DNA of 64,000 nt from Candidatus Enterousia sp. (lineage in GTDB: Bacteria > Pseudomonadota > Alphaproteobacteria > Rs-D84). A program made the translations under genes and the position numbers. The stretch is from the NCBI GenBank assembly GCA_045648885.1, contig JAZROV010000002.1:94628-158627 (forward strand), given 5' to 3'. The notes under the pieces were generated by a model. That model was not told the DNA's origin. It saw only the letters and a list, made by a program, of their open reading frames with translations, and searched no databases. The stretch's first letter is position 1. Each line of letters starts with the position of its first letter. Shown here one piece after another: positions 10,388 through 19,456 of this stretch.

Positions 10388-10735
10388 ATGTTTAAAGCAA
10401 TAAAAGATAATAAAATTATAGCAATCAGCGATACCGATTCAGAGTTTTTATGTATTGTGAAAGATACTGTGGAAGCAGATGATACCTGTGTTTGTGAAGA
10501 TTTTGGGCAATATAATGGTGAATATTTATTAAAATCCAAAATCCCAATTCCGACAAAAGAAGAACAAAGAGAAAAACGTGCGATGGCATATCGTGATGAA
10601 ATAGATCCAATAACTGCGCATATATCTCGGCTGCGTGATGAAGAACAATCAGAAGAAATTATTTCGGAAATATCAGATTTAATTTTAGAACGCGCACAAA
10701 AGGTTGCAGAAATAAAACAAACCTATCCGTATTAA
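10388..10735 (+). CDS. hypothetical acidic protein, possible tail-fibre assembly chaperone
   Basis: 115-aa ORF 10 nt downstream of the tail-fibre-like gene. The call rests on position only; a rho-independent terminator follows. Confidence 0.25.
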   Translation: MFKAIKDNKIIAISDTDSEFLCIVKDTVEADDTCVCEDFGQYNGEYLLKSKIPIPTKEEQREKRAMAYRDEIDPITAHISRLRDEEQSEEIISEISDLILERAQKVAEIKQTYPY

Positions 10736-10743
10736 AAATTTTT

Positions 10744-10776
10744 AACTGCATACGTTTGGCGTATGCAGTTTTTTTA
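10744..10776 (+). terminator. rho-independent terminator
   Basis: ctgcatacgtttggcgtatgcag hairpin followed by a T-run. Confidence 0.6.
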
Positions 10777-10832
10777 TATAAATCTTGATTGTATACATTT
10801 ATTTTTGTATGCTAAATCTAAAGTTATAATTA

Positions 10833-11903
10833 TTGGATAATGTAATTATGAAAAAAAAGTTATTATTTCTTGTTTTGGGGTTCATATTCGTTTTGACGAT
10901 ACTGTTATTTTTTGTGTTTGTCGAAACAAAACAAGCTGGTCCAGAAGATTTAATCATATATTTTAATAAAAATGGGAATATATCTGAATATAAAACAACA
11001 GGTTTTTCACATCCGGAAACAGACAGAACGTGGACCGATGGGCGAACAGCATCTATTGTTGTTCCATATAATAAAGTTCAAGATTATTTTGTGCGTGCCA
11101 CGTTTGATATCAACCCATTTTTGACTAAGAAAATAAAAAAACAAACTGTTAATGTTTTGGTAAACGATAAATTTGTAACAAAGTGGAATATTAGTAAGGC
11201 CGGAACTTATGCATTTGATTTGCCTGTTGATTTTGAAACAGATGATAATAAGATGACTATTAAATTTGAAATTCCTGATGCAAAAAGCCCTAAAGAATTA
11301 AAACTATCGTCTGATGCCCGTAAATTAGGCTTGGGAATGAAAAGATTAGTTTTATCGCAAGTTAGTCAAGAAAATCCGAATAATTACAAACATTATCATA
11401 TTGGCGACAGAATATATTTTAATGCTGGTGGAAATTCCAAACTTTATACTGGCACTGGTTGGTCATCGCAAGAAAAAGATTTTACTTGGACCGATGGAAA
11501 TGATGCTTATTTGAATTTATTTATAGAAGATGCGTTGGATAAAAAATTACAACTGAATATTTTTGGATACGGAATTTTTGAACAATCAGATGAATGTCAA
11601 AAGGTAACAGTATATGCAAATAATTCAGAATTAACAACATGGTGTTTGTCATGCCAAGACGATAATTATGCGGTTGAAATACCAGAAACAGTAATTGGTT
11701 ATGGAGCGGTTCAAATTAGATTACATATAGAAAAACCATTCGTTGCAAAACCAGATCCCAGACATTTAGGAGCGGCTGTGAAAAATGTTTATATTTCACA
11801 AGTGTTTGCAGCAAAAACAAAAGTTAAAATAGCGCGTTGGATAAAAAATAAAGTTTTGAAATCGTCTGATGCTAAGCCATCGCCCGATGCACCGATTGAA
11901 TGA
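10833..11903 (+). CDS. membrane-anchored protein with two tandem copies of the conserved C-terminal module
   Basis: N-terminal TM helix LLFLVLGFIFVLTILLFFVFV. Copy 1 is TDRTWTDGRTAS...SPKELKLSSDARKLGLGMKRLVLSQV. Copy 2 is KDFTWTDGNDAY...DPRHLGAAVKNVYISQV. Confidence 0.5.
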   Translation: MDNVIMKKKLLFLVLGFIFVLTILLFFVFVETKQAGPEDLIIYFNKNGNISEYKTTGFSHPETDRTWTDGRTASIVVPYNKVQDYFVRATFDINPFLTKKIKKQTVNVLVNDKFVTKWNISKAGTYAFDLPVDFETDDNKMTIKFEIPDAKSPKELKLSSDARKLGLGMKRLVLSQVSQENPNNYKHYHIGDRIYFNAGGNSKLYTGTGWSSQEKDFTWTDGNDAYLNLFIEDALDKKLQLNIFGYGIFEQSDECQKVTVYANNSELTTWCLSCQDDNYAVEIPETVIGYGAVQIRLHIEKPFVAKPDPRHLGAAVKNVYISQVFAAKTKVKIARWIKNKVLKSSDAKPSPDAPIE

Positions 11904-12126
11904 ATTTTGGACAAATCAATTTGACAATTTATTAATAAAATGTAATATTATTCTTAAGCGGCAGGTGTTCTGTCGTTTGGGTATCACTAACCCTTGTGTA
12001 CAGAAGTCAGCGATGACTGAAAAAATCTCCAACATTGGTTGGAGTGTGCGAATATATTGAATAAGCACAACAAATTCTGTACTTTGTTAGTGAACTCCAA
12101 CCACCAGGTATTTTTATGGTGGTTTT

Positions 12127-12486
12127 ATGTTTTATGGGGGTATAGATATGTCCGGAAAGGGTGGTTATATTACAGATACAGATAAAACCATCGGAAAACG
12201 TATTAAATTGCGCAGAATCATGCTTCGAATGACACAATCTGATTTGGCACAGATGTGTGGCATTTCTTTTCAGCAAATACAAAAATATGAATCTGGGGTG
12301 AATCGAATATCTTGTTCGCGATTGTTCAAAATAAGTCATGTATTAAATGTTCCAATTGAATTTTTCTTTGATAACATAAATGAAATGTACAGAACAGAAA
12401 CGCTGGAATTAATCGTTTTGTATTGGGCTTTGTCGAAAGATATCAGAAAAAATCTTGTTTTAAATGTAATTAAACAGTTCAGGTAA
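12127..12486 (+). CDS. XRE-family helix-turn-helix transcriptional regulator
   Basis: IGKRIKLRRIMLRMTQSDLAQMCGISFQQIQKYESGVNRIS is a classic HTH_3 (Cro/CI) signature. The true start may be the internal Met at 12148. Confidence 0.6.
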   Translation: MFYGGIDMSGKGGYITDTDKTIGKRIKLRRIMLRMTQSDLAQMCGISFQQIQKYESGVNRISCSRLFKISHVLNVPIEFFFDNINEMYRTETLELIVLYWALSKDIRKNLVLNVIKQFR

Positions 12487-12488
12487 TC

Positions 12489-12505
12489 TTGCGGGAGATG
12501 GATTT
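12489..12505. repeat. 17-bp direct duplication of the tRNA-fMet 3' end (att-like scar)
   Basis: ttgcgggagatggattt is identical at 12489-12505 and 12672-12688, the latter inside the tRNA. Confidence 0.6.
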
Positions 12506-12668
12506 ATTTCGCTTCGCTTCATTGGCGGCGGATTTTTGCGTTTCACGCAAACCGGCATACTGTCGTCTGCCTAATCCTTGCACTGAACCACCTTATCTCG
12601 GTGGCTCAAATTCAACACAACACACATTAAATAAAAAATACACCACAGGGGTGTATTTTTCATTTAAC

Positions 12669-12745
<77 letters not shown>

Positions 12746-12868
12746 ATGACAGTTGTGTATTATATCCATTTTTGTCAAGGTGTCAAATAAAAAGTTTTTA
12801 TTCTTGTTTTTTACGTATTGCCAATGCTTGCATTGTGTTTGTTTTGTTGCTAGACTTTCCCCCGTGGG

Positions 12869-13627
12869 GTGTGTTCAATGAAAAAATCACACAAAAGAAA
12901 AATTAAAAAATTTTTTAGATTGCTTTATGGCTGGGGCGTCGTTCAATGGGCGGCTGCGCTGGTTTATTATGTGCTGATTTGGTTCGTGTTCATTACATCT
13001 AAAAAGCAAATGTCAGGACTGGAAATTTTGCATGAATACGCCAAAAAACCTGCGATTTTTGTGTTTTGGCATGGGCGGACGATGATGTTGTCGCCGGTTA
13101 TATCTTTGGCGCGTGTTCGGGGGTATATTATTGCAGATAAACGCAAAGACGGTCGGGCGATTGCCAAAATGGAAAAATTATTCGGGTTAAAGACTATTTA
13201 TGGATCATCGCGTGATGGTGGCGTTTCTGTGCTGCGTAAAGGGGTGGCTGCCCTGCGTGGGGGGAAAAATTGTTTAGCCTTTTCGCCTGATGGGCCAAAT
13301 GGGCCGTCTATGCGGTTTCATGATGGGGCATTGTATTTTGCCAAGATGACTGGTGCGCCGATAATACCGGTTTGTTATTCGTGTTCGCGGCCGTGGTTTT
13401 TAAATCGTTGGGATCGGTATTTGCTGGCTAAACCTTTTTCGATTATCGCAGGAAATGTCGGAACGCCTATATTCATAGATGCCAAGACAAAGACAAATGA
13501 GTTTGAAAAAATTCGTAAAAATCTGGAAGATTTAATGGTCAAACAGGCGCGAGATTTGGACAGAAAATTTACTGATTTTACAGTAGAGCAAGATTTAACA
13601 CCTGAGAATTTTAGCGAGAAAAAATGA
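12869..13627 (+). CDS. DUF374-type lysophospholipid/lipid A acyltransferase-like protein
   Basis: FVFWHGRTMMLSPV...GKNCLAFSPDGPNGPSMRFHDGALYFAKMTGAPIIPV is typical of DUF374 proteins found next to lpxK/waaA. Translationally coupled to lpxK. Confidence 0.5.
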   Translation: MCSMKKSHKRKIKKFFRLLYGWGVVQWAAALVYYVLIWFVFITSKKQMSGLEILHEYAKKPAIFVFWHGRTMMLSPVISLARVRGYIIADKRKDGRAIAKMEKLFGLKTIYGSSRDGGVSVLRKGVAALRGGKNCLAFSPDGPNGPSMRFHDGALYFAKMTGAPIIPVCYSCSRPWFLNRWDRYLLAKPFSIIAGNVGTPIFIDAKTKTNEFEKIRKNLEDLMVKQARDLDRKFTDFTVEQDLTPENFSEKK

Positions 13628-14550
13628 AAACACCAAATTGGTTTTTAAAAAGAAATTTAATAAGTTTTTTACTTTACCCGCTTTCTGGGTTGTATTATGT
13701 TGCGTCCAGATGTGTTTTTGTTTTGCGGAAAAATCGTGAATATGTATCGCGTCGTCCTGTTATTTGTTTTGGCAATATTTTGGCTGGGGGGGTTGGTAAA
13801 ACACCGTTAGTTCGTGAGATGGCTCGTTTTTTTGATGCGCCGGTGGTTATGCGCGGATACAAAAAGACAAAATATACTGATAATGTTGGGGACGAAGCCA
13901 AAATGTTGATGAATGATGGAATTTTAGTGCATGTTGGAAATCGTAAAAGCAATCTGGTTTTATTAAATAAACAAAAATCAAATACCCCGATTATAATGGA
14001 TGATGGGTTTCAAAATTCGTCTATTAAAAAAGATATTTCTGTGTTGGTGTTTGATGAAAGTTTGGGGTTTGGAAACGGTTTTTTGTTGCCTGCGGGCCCA
14101 TTGCGTGAAAAACCGACAGCTATAAACCGCGCAGATGCCATTATCGTTATAAAAAGAAAAAAAATCGCAAAAAATTTTTATTTGCCAACTGATGTTCCTA
14201 TTTTTTATGCGACGACAAACGAAGATTGTCCGTATAATGCAAAAACTTCTGTGGTTGCTTTTGCAGGTATCGGATATCCAAAAAAATTTTTTGAAAATAC
14301 ACCATGTAAAATCGTGGCGCAACGTGTTTTCCCAGATCATTATCAATACACTGACCAAGATATTCACGATTTAATTAAATTGGCAGATGAAAAACATGCG
14401 CATTTATTGACGACTGAAAAAGATTGGGTTCGTTTACCAGATTGGGCAAAAGAAAAAATTGCTTTTTCGAAATTAAATATTCAAATTGAAAAAGATTTTT
14501 ACGATTGGATAAAGGAAAGGATACATGACAACAATAACAAAAAAAGTTAA
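13624..14550 (+). CDS. lpxK: tetraacyldisaccharide 4'-kinase
   Basis: P-loop GNILAGGVGKTPLV with length and context matching LpxK. ATGA overlap with the upstream gene. Confidence 0.7.
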   Translation: MKTPNWFLKRNLISFLLYPLSGLYYVASRCVFVLRKNREYVSRRPVICFGNILAGGVGKTPLVREMARFFDAPVVMRGYKKTKYTDNVGDEAKMLMNDGILVHVGNRKSNLVLLNKQKSNTPIIMDDGFQNSSIKKDISVLVFDESLGFGNGFLLPAGPLREKPTAINRADAIIVIKRKKIAKNFYLPTDVPIFYATTNEDCPYNAKTSVVAFAGIGYPKKFFENTPCKIVAQRVFPDHYQYTDQDIHDLIKLADEKHAHLLTTEKDWVRLPDWAKEKIAFSKLNIQIEKDFYDWIKERIHDNNNKKS

Positions 14551-15460
14551 AATATCCGGGGTTGGTATTCATTCTGGGTTGCCAGTTGATTTGGTTGTTT
14601 TGCCATCTAAGAAAAATGGGATTTTTTTTAAACGTGTTGATATGCCGGGTGCTGATTTAATTCCTGCCAGATTTGATAATGTTGGTGATACGTTTATGCG
14701 TAATACTACGATTGGCAAAAAAGATGGCGCACATGTTCAAACAATTGAACATTTGATGGCGACATTGTTTTTATTAGGTGTGGACAGTGCTGTTATCGAA
14801 ATCAATGGCCCCGAAACCCCGATTTTAGACGGCAGCGCCTATGAATTTTACAATGCGTTGAAAGACGCAGTCGGTAAAAAAACAAAAATGAAAAAAATCA
14901 TTGTTAAAAAGACAGTTGTTGCACACAGAAATGAATTAGCAAAACAATTACCTTTTTGGCGCCGTTTAAAGACGATAATTTTAAACCATACAGTTGGTCG
15001 GCGCGGAAATGGTTTCGTTAAATTGTCGCCAAATGACAAAGGATTATTTATCAATGCGACGTTGGTTTATCCTGATAAAATTATCGGGACACAATCGTTT
15101 TCTTGTGTGTTGGACGGAACAAAAAAATCTGTTGATAATTTTGTGAAAAATATTTCGAAATCTAGAACGTTTGGAAAATATTCTGAATGGGAATGGTTAA
15201 AGGCACACGGTATGGCACGTGGCGCAAATGAAAACAATATTATCGCGTTAAATGATTCAGGAGACGGAACATTGAATAAATTGCTGTATCCTGATGAATT
15301 TGTGCGGCATAAGATAATAGATGCTGTTGGCGATATGTTTACCAGTTCTGGATTTGTTTACGGTACGTTGGAATCGGTTAAAGGTTCGCATGCGTTAAAC
15401 AATTTGGTGTTAAGAAAATTATTCAGTGATAAATCTAATTATGAAATCATTGAAGAATAA
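14525..15460 (+). CDS. lpxC: UDP-3-O-acyl-N-acetylglucosamine deacetylase
   Basis: KISGVGIHSGLPV, HKIIDAVGDM and the zinc-deacetylase fold signature over about 310 aa. Confidence 0.8.
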   Translation: MTTITKKVKISGVGIHSGLPVDLVVLPSKKNGIFFKRVDMPGADLIPARFDNVGDTFMRNTTIGKKDGAHVQTIEHLMATLFLLGVDSAVIEINGPETPILDGSAYEFYNALKDAVGKKTKMKKIIVKKTVVAHRNELAKQLPFWRRLKTIILNHTVGRRGNGFVKLSPNDKGLFINATLVYPDKIIGTQSFSCVLDGTKKSVDNFVKNISKSRTFGKYSEWEWLKAHGMARGANENNIIALNDSGDGTLNKLLYPDEFVRHKIIDAVGDMFTSSGFVYGTLESVKGSHALNNLVLRKLFSDKSNYEIIEE

Positions 15461-15485
15461 AAAATTTTTTTAAGGAGGAAAGGCG

Positions 15486-15800
15486 ATGAAAAAAATAATG
15501 TTTATTTGTTTTGGTGTTTTGTTGGCGTCTTGTGCACAATCAACAAAAGAAGGCACGGGTTTAATAAGGGTAAACCAAGAACCAACAAATTGTGAATTTT
15601 TGTATGCTATTAAATCTGATTTTTCGGGGTATTCTGAACAAGACGCGTTCGATTTTGTGGAAAAAAGAATCGTGGAAGAAAACGGTTTTGGGGATACTTA
15701 TTACATCGAAAAACAAGATATTGCTGAAAATATCGGGGCGATATTTGGGCCAAAACATACCTATAAAATAAAAGCAAAAGTTTATAACTGTAAAAAATAA
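15486..15800 (+). CDS. small lipoprotein
   Basis: Signal peptide with lipobox LLASC. Confidence 0.4.
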   Translation: MKKIMFICFGVLLASCAQSTKEGTGLIRVNQEPTNCEFLYAIKSDFSGYSEQDAFDFVEKRIVEENGFGDTYYIEKQDIAENIGAIFGPKHTYKIKAKVYNCKK

Positions 15801-15892
15801 GTTTTTTATAGTGAGATAAGTGTGTTTTTATCTAATTTTCGTCTTTCTTTTTTTTTCGCGTTTATGTATAATAAATTTACATAGAGAGAGAA

Positions 15893-17140
15893 TTGATGAA
15901 ACAAGTCATAACCGTTCGTCGCAGAAAATATGCAACAGGTCTTTTTTGGCAGCCTGTAAATCCGGGCGTGACACCGTATCTTTATGCGCGACAATTGGTC
16001 GCAAAAAGCGATAAAAAATATACTCTGTTGACCGAATATAAATCGATGATCGGGTTGGCAGAATCGCGCGACGGTGTTCGGTCGGGAATGAATACTGCTG
16101 CGGCAGAGGTTATGAACGCATTTCCTGAATTTTCATCATTTTTGGGTGTTTTTCGTGTAGATAATCGGTTTTATCTGGTTGCGGTGCGTAATGGTGTTAT
16201 TATTCGTGATGTTTTGGTGGAAAAAGAAAGCGATGCCCGAAAATTATACGCTGAATTATCAAATATGCCAGATTGGGGGGCGTTGTTTGCCCCGTCAAGT
16301 TGGGGTATGCCTCGTTCCCAGGAAAAATTTTTGCAAGATATTGTGAAAAATGAATCTGTGGCACGGTTGCGTCAAATCAGTATTGTAAAATCTGTCGCGC
16401 CGTCAATTGTTTTGTTTTTAATTTTATTGGGTGTTGGTTTGTATTTTCTTTATTCTCCGTTGTTTAAATCTATGTCTGCGCCAAAAAGCACAGGGTTGAA
16501 TCCTGAATTGATGGCCGAATATCAAAAGCAATTGGAAGCGAAAAACCAAGAATTAGACAAAGAGTTTGAGATTGTAAAATCTGCATTGGTTTATCCATAT
16601 GATAATTTGCCCGATGTCATGGAACGGGCGCGGCTTTGTTATAAAGCAACCGGGTTTGTGATGCAGCCTGTGATGGGTTGGGACCAGAAAAATACAATGT
16701 GTGACGAAGAACATGTATCTGTGGTCTTTACGCGTGATTTTGGAACATTAAATGATTTTTATTTGGTTGGTGGTGATGTTATGCCGGGCGGTATAGTGCA
16801 CCAGGTATCTGATAATGAAATTCGTGTGCGTGCAAAATTGCCGGCATTAAAAACACATTCTTCGGTTGATGAACGTGACCAAGAAACGGCTATGCGTGAC
16901 ATAGTTTCTGTTTTTCAACAGGTAAATATGAAAGCGGGTATCAGGGCATCAAATGAAATTATTCGTAATAATAAAGAAAAAGCAACTGTGAATTTTATAG
17001 AAGTCAGCGCGAGTTCTAAATTAGTGCCGTCTGAATTTATGCAGATATTTAATGATTTTGATGGTGTTTATATGAAATCTGTTGGGTGGGATGCAAGAGA
17101 TAGAATCTGGAATTACAACGTTGTTATTTATACAAAATAA
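15893..17140 (+). CDS. bitopic inner-membrane assembly protein (GspL/PilO-like) of a T2SS/T4P-family apparatus
   Basis: 415 aa with an ~160-aa cytoplasmic domain, a single TM (SIVLFLILLGVGLYFLY) and a periplasmic domain. It lies directly upstream of the PilP-like, ATPase and platform genes. Confidence 0.35.
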   Translation: MMKQVITVRRRKYATGLFWQPVNPGVTPYLYARQLVAKSDKKYTLLTEYKSMIGLAESRDGVRSGMNTAAAEVMNAFPEFSSFLGVFRVDNRFYLVAVRNGVIIRDVLVEKESDARKLYAELSNMPDWGALFAPSSWGMPRSQEKFLQDIVKNESVARLRQISIVKSVAPSIVLFLILLGVGLYFLYSPLFKSMSAPKSTGLNPELMAEYQKQLEAKNQELDKEFEIVKSALVYPYDNLPDVMERARLCYKATGFVMQPVMGWDQKNTMCDEEHVSVVFTRDFGTLNDFYLVGGDVMPGGIVHQVSDNEIRVRAKLPALKTHSSVDERDQETAMRDIVSVFQQVNMKAGIRASNEIIRNNKEKATVNFIEVSASSKLVPSEFMQIFNDFDGVYMKSVGWDARDRIWNYNVVIYTK

Positions 17141-17152
17141 AAAGGTGAAAAA

Positions 17153-17824
17153 ATGTTAAAGAAAATCTGTTTTTATTTGTGCTTTGGTGTATTTTGTGTG
17201 TGCGTTGGTGTCAATGCGTATGCAGAAGAATTCGAAGAAGTTTTTATTGAAGAAAGAAGTCCAGATGAAATTTCTGCCCAGGCGTTGGAAGATTACCAGG
17301 TAGAAGGTTCTTTGTTTGAACGTATTACAAATCTGGAACAAGAAAAATTAGTTATGCAATTGGAAAAAGACCGTATCGAATTAGATTTGGCGTTGGACAG
17401 ATTGAACAAAGAAAAAATCAAAATCCAACAAGAATTAGAAGATATGTCTGGGCGTGCAGACCGTCAACAGCAAGAATTAGAATTGGCCAAGGCTCAATTG
17501 GAAGAACAAACCATGGAATTGAAACGCAAAATGGAAGCGTTGGATAACAGGGTAGAAGAAGCACCTGTACAAAGAGAAACGCCAAAAAGACAAGAAGAGC
17601 CAGTCGATACATCTGTGCAGATTGTTGGTAAATATAAATTATTAAATGTTGTTGGTGTTGGTAATCAATTACAGGCTACAATTCAAGATATTGCAACGGG
17701 TCAAAATAAACGCATAGCAGTTGGTAAGCAATTAGATGGATATACTGTCAAATCTATTTCGTTAAACGACGGAATTGTGTTTGAAAAAGATGGTGTTTCA
17801 GAAAATTTGAATGTTGGAAAATAA
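17153..17824 (+). CDS. PilP/GspC-HR-like periplasmic coiled-coil protein
   Basis: Signal peptide, a long coiled coil, and a C-terminal beta-domain VGKQLDGYTVKSISLNDGIVFEKDGVSENLNV. Confidence 0.35.
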   Translation: MLKKICFYLCFGVFCVCVGVNAYAEEFEEVFIEERSPDEISAQALEDYQVEGSLFERITNLEQEKLVMQLEKDRIELDLALDRLNKEKIKIQQELEDMSGRADRQQQELELAKAQLEEQTMELKRKMEALDNRVEEAPVQRETPKRQEEPVDTSVQIVGKYKLLNVVGVGNQLQATIQDIATGQNKRIAVGKQLDGYTVKSISLNDGIVFEKDGVSENLNVGK

Positions 17825-17827
17825 AAT

Positions 17828-19456
17828 ATGGCGAACGAAGATAATTCTTTTGTAGAAATGTCAAATAAACCGTCTGTGCCAGCCGGGTTGGAGAACGCGG
17901 GCAGTAAAGACATTTTGGAATATTTGTTTTCAAATGATAATAAATTGCTGACGGCGACATCTGCGGAATATGCTTTGTCAAAAGACACCCAAGGATTGGT
18001 TGCGTATTTTTCTGGTGGTGAAATAATTATATCCAGAACACATCGATATGATGGTCGCGTGTTGGCTTTCTTAGATTTATTGCATCGTAATAATATTGTA
18101 ACAAAACAGCCGTTTTATTCTGATTTGGCGTTGTTGTCAAATATTTATAAAACAAATGATCAACGTATTGGCGAAGCAGATGCATCACGTTTTGATTATG
18201 AAAACCAGATGCAGAAAGATTTTGTTGATATTATCGCGCGTGCGGCCGCTCAAAAGGTGTCTGATATTCACGTTGAAGTTGCAGACCAGACAACAATTTA
18301 TTTCCGTATTGATGGAAGTATGCAACCGGTTTTGGAATATAATTCTCAATGGGGGGAATCTTTTGTTCGTGCGGCATTTGCGTCTGCGGATATATCTAAT
18401 TCTTCGTATGCACAAAATGAATACCAGGCTGCCCAGAAAGACGGTCGAACCCCATTGCGTGGTACGCGTGATTTGTATTTGCCGTCGGCTGTGTTGGGGG
18501 TTCGTATGCAATTTAACCCGATTGCGTTCGGCAGTCAATATTTGGTTATGCGTTTGCTTTATGATAACCCCAGCGAAGGTATCAAAACCGAACAGGAATT
18601 TAATGATTATGAACAAAAATTATTGATGCGTTTGCGTTCGGCGCCAACAGGTTTGGTTGTGGTTGCAGGGCCTACATCTTCGGGTAAATCGACAACGCTG
18701 GTGCATAATATGGCGTTGATGTTGAAAGAACACAGATACGAAATCAATTTGATTACCGTGGAAGATCCGGCAGAACAGAAAATTTTCGGCGCGCATCAAA
18801 TGCCTGTGGTGAACGCGTCTAATGAAGAACAACGTGATGCGAAATTTACAGAAGCGTTGGCAGCGGCATTGCGAAGCGACCCTGATACAATGATGGTCGG
18901 TGAGGTTCGTACTTTGTCTGCGGCGCAATTGACGGTCAAAGGCGCGTTGTCTGGGCATAATGTGTGGACAACGTTGCATGCGAACTCTGCAATGGGTGCG
19001 TTGACGCGTTTGTTGGATATGGGGGTAGAAGCGTTTAAATTAAAAGACGAAACCATGATGCGTGGATTGGTTTCAATGCGTTTGTTTAAAAAACTTTGTC
19101 CGTATTGTCGTGAACGTTTGATTGATAAACCTGATTTGCCGGTGTATCAACGTATGAAAGAAGCGTTCGGTGATTTGGGACTGCAACAGGCGTTTGTTCG
19201 TGGCGCAGGTTGTGAAAATTGCAAGGGCGCAGGAACAATCGGGCGTATCAAAGCAGGCGAAATCATTTTAACAAACAGTGAATTTTTAAGTTTCGCACTG
19301 GCCGGTGAAACTGAAGCGGCTTTGCGCTATTGGCTTGAAAAATTAGACGGCAGAACATTGAAAGAAGCCGCCATAGAATTGATGTTAAAAGGTATCATCG
19401 GCGTGGACGAAGTAGAACGTTGGGTTGGATTGTTGGACAGACCGTGGGTATATTAA
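17828..19456 (+). CDS. type II secretion / type IV pilus assembly ATPase (GspE/PilB family)
   Basis: Walker A AGPTSSGKSTT, His box TTLHANSAMGAL, and a tetracysteine zinc motif CPYCRE...CENCKG. Confidence 0.8.
   Translation: MANEDNSFVEMSNKPSVPAGLENAGSKDILEYLFSNDNKLLTATSAEYALSKDTQGLVAYFSGGEIIISRTHRYDGRVLAFLDLLHRNNIVTKQPFYSDLALLSNIYKTNDQRIGEADASRFDYENQMQKDFVDIIARAAAQKVSDIHVEVADQTTIYFRIDGSMQPVLEYNSQWGESFVRAAFASADISNSSYAQNEYQAAQKDGRTPLRGTRDLYLPSAVLGVRMQFNPIAFGSQYLVMRLLYDNPSEGIKTEQEFNDYEQKLLMRLRSAPTGLVVVAGPTSSGKSTTLVHNMALMLKEHRYEINLITVEDPAEQKIFGAHQMPVVNASNEEQRDAKFTEALAAALRSDPDTMMVGEVRTLSAAQLTVKGALSGHNVWTTLHANSAMGALTRLLDMGVEAFKLKDETMMRGLVSMRLFKKLCPYCRERLIDKPDLPVYQRMKEAFGDLGLQQAFVRGAGCENCKGAGTIGRIKAGEIILTNSEFLSFALAGETEAALRYWLEKLDGRTLKEAAIELMLKGIIGVDEVERWVGLLDRPWVY

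Noticed and set aside
10388-10735. Confident call of a lambda-type tail fibre assembly protein (Tfa)
   Set aside because: Only positional evidence supports it. The C-terminal region does not clearly match the Caudo_TAP consensus, so it is kept as low-confidence hypothetical.
12007-12339. 110-aa minus-strand ORF overlapping the XRE regulator start
   Set aside because: It is antisense to a well-supported HTH gene and its palindromic leader, with no motif support.
9188-12505. Intact prophage
   Set aside because: Only a tail-fibre-like gene, a possible chaperone and an XRE regulator are present. No integrase, terminase, portal, capsid, tail tube or lysis genes occur in the window, so at most this is a decayed remnant or domesticated module.
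12506-12668. The 165 bp between the two tRNA-fMet 3'-end copies as a small RNA gene
   Set aside because: Apart from the tRNA's own terminator hairpin there is no convincing promoter or conserved structure. It is treated as residual island or att DNA.
18156-19056. Four overlapping 86-156-aa ORFs on both strands inside the GspE-family ATPase gene
   Set aside because: They are nested within a strongly supported 542-aa CDS and have Arg/Cys-rich low-complexity translations, so they are spurious frames. The same applies to the many 60-190-aa ORFs nested in asmA (33210-34568), uvrB (35527-36529), nagZ (48315-49420), lpoA (50029-51117), rsmI (51428-51814), AddB-like (52595-54973) and the ligase genes.
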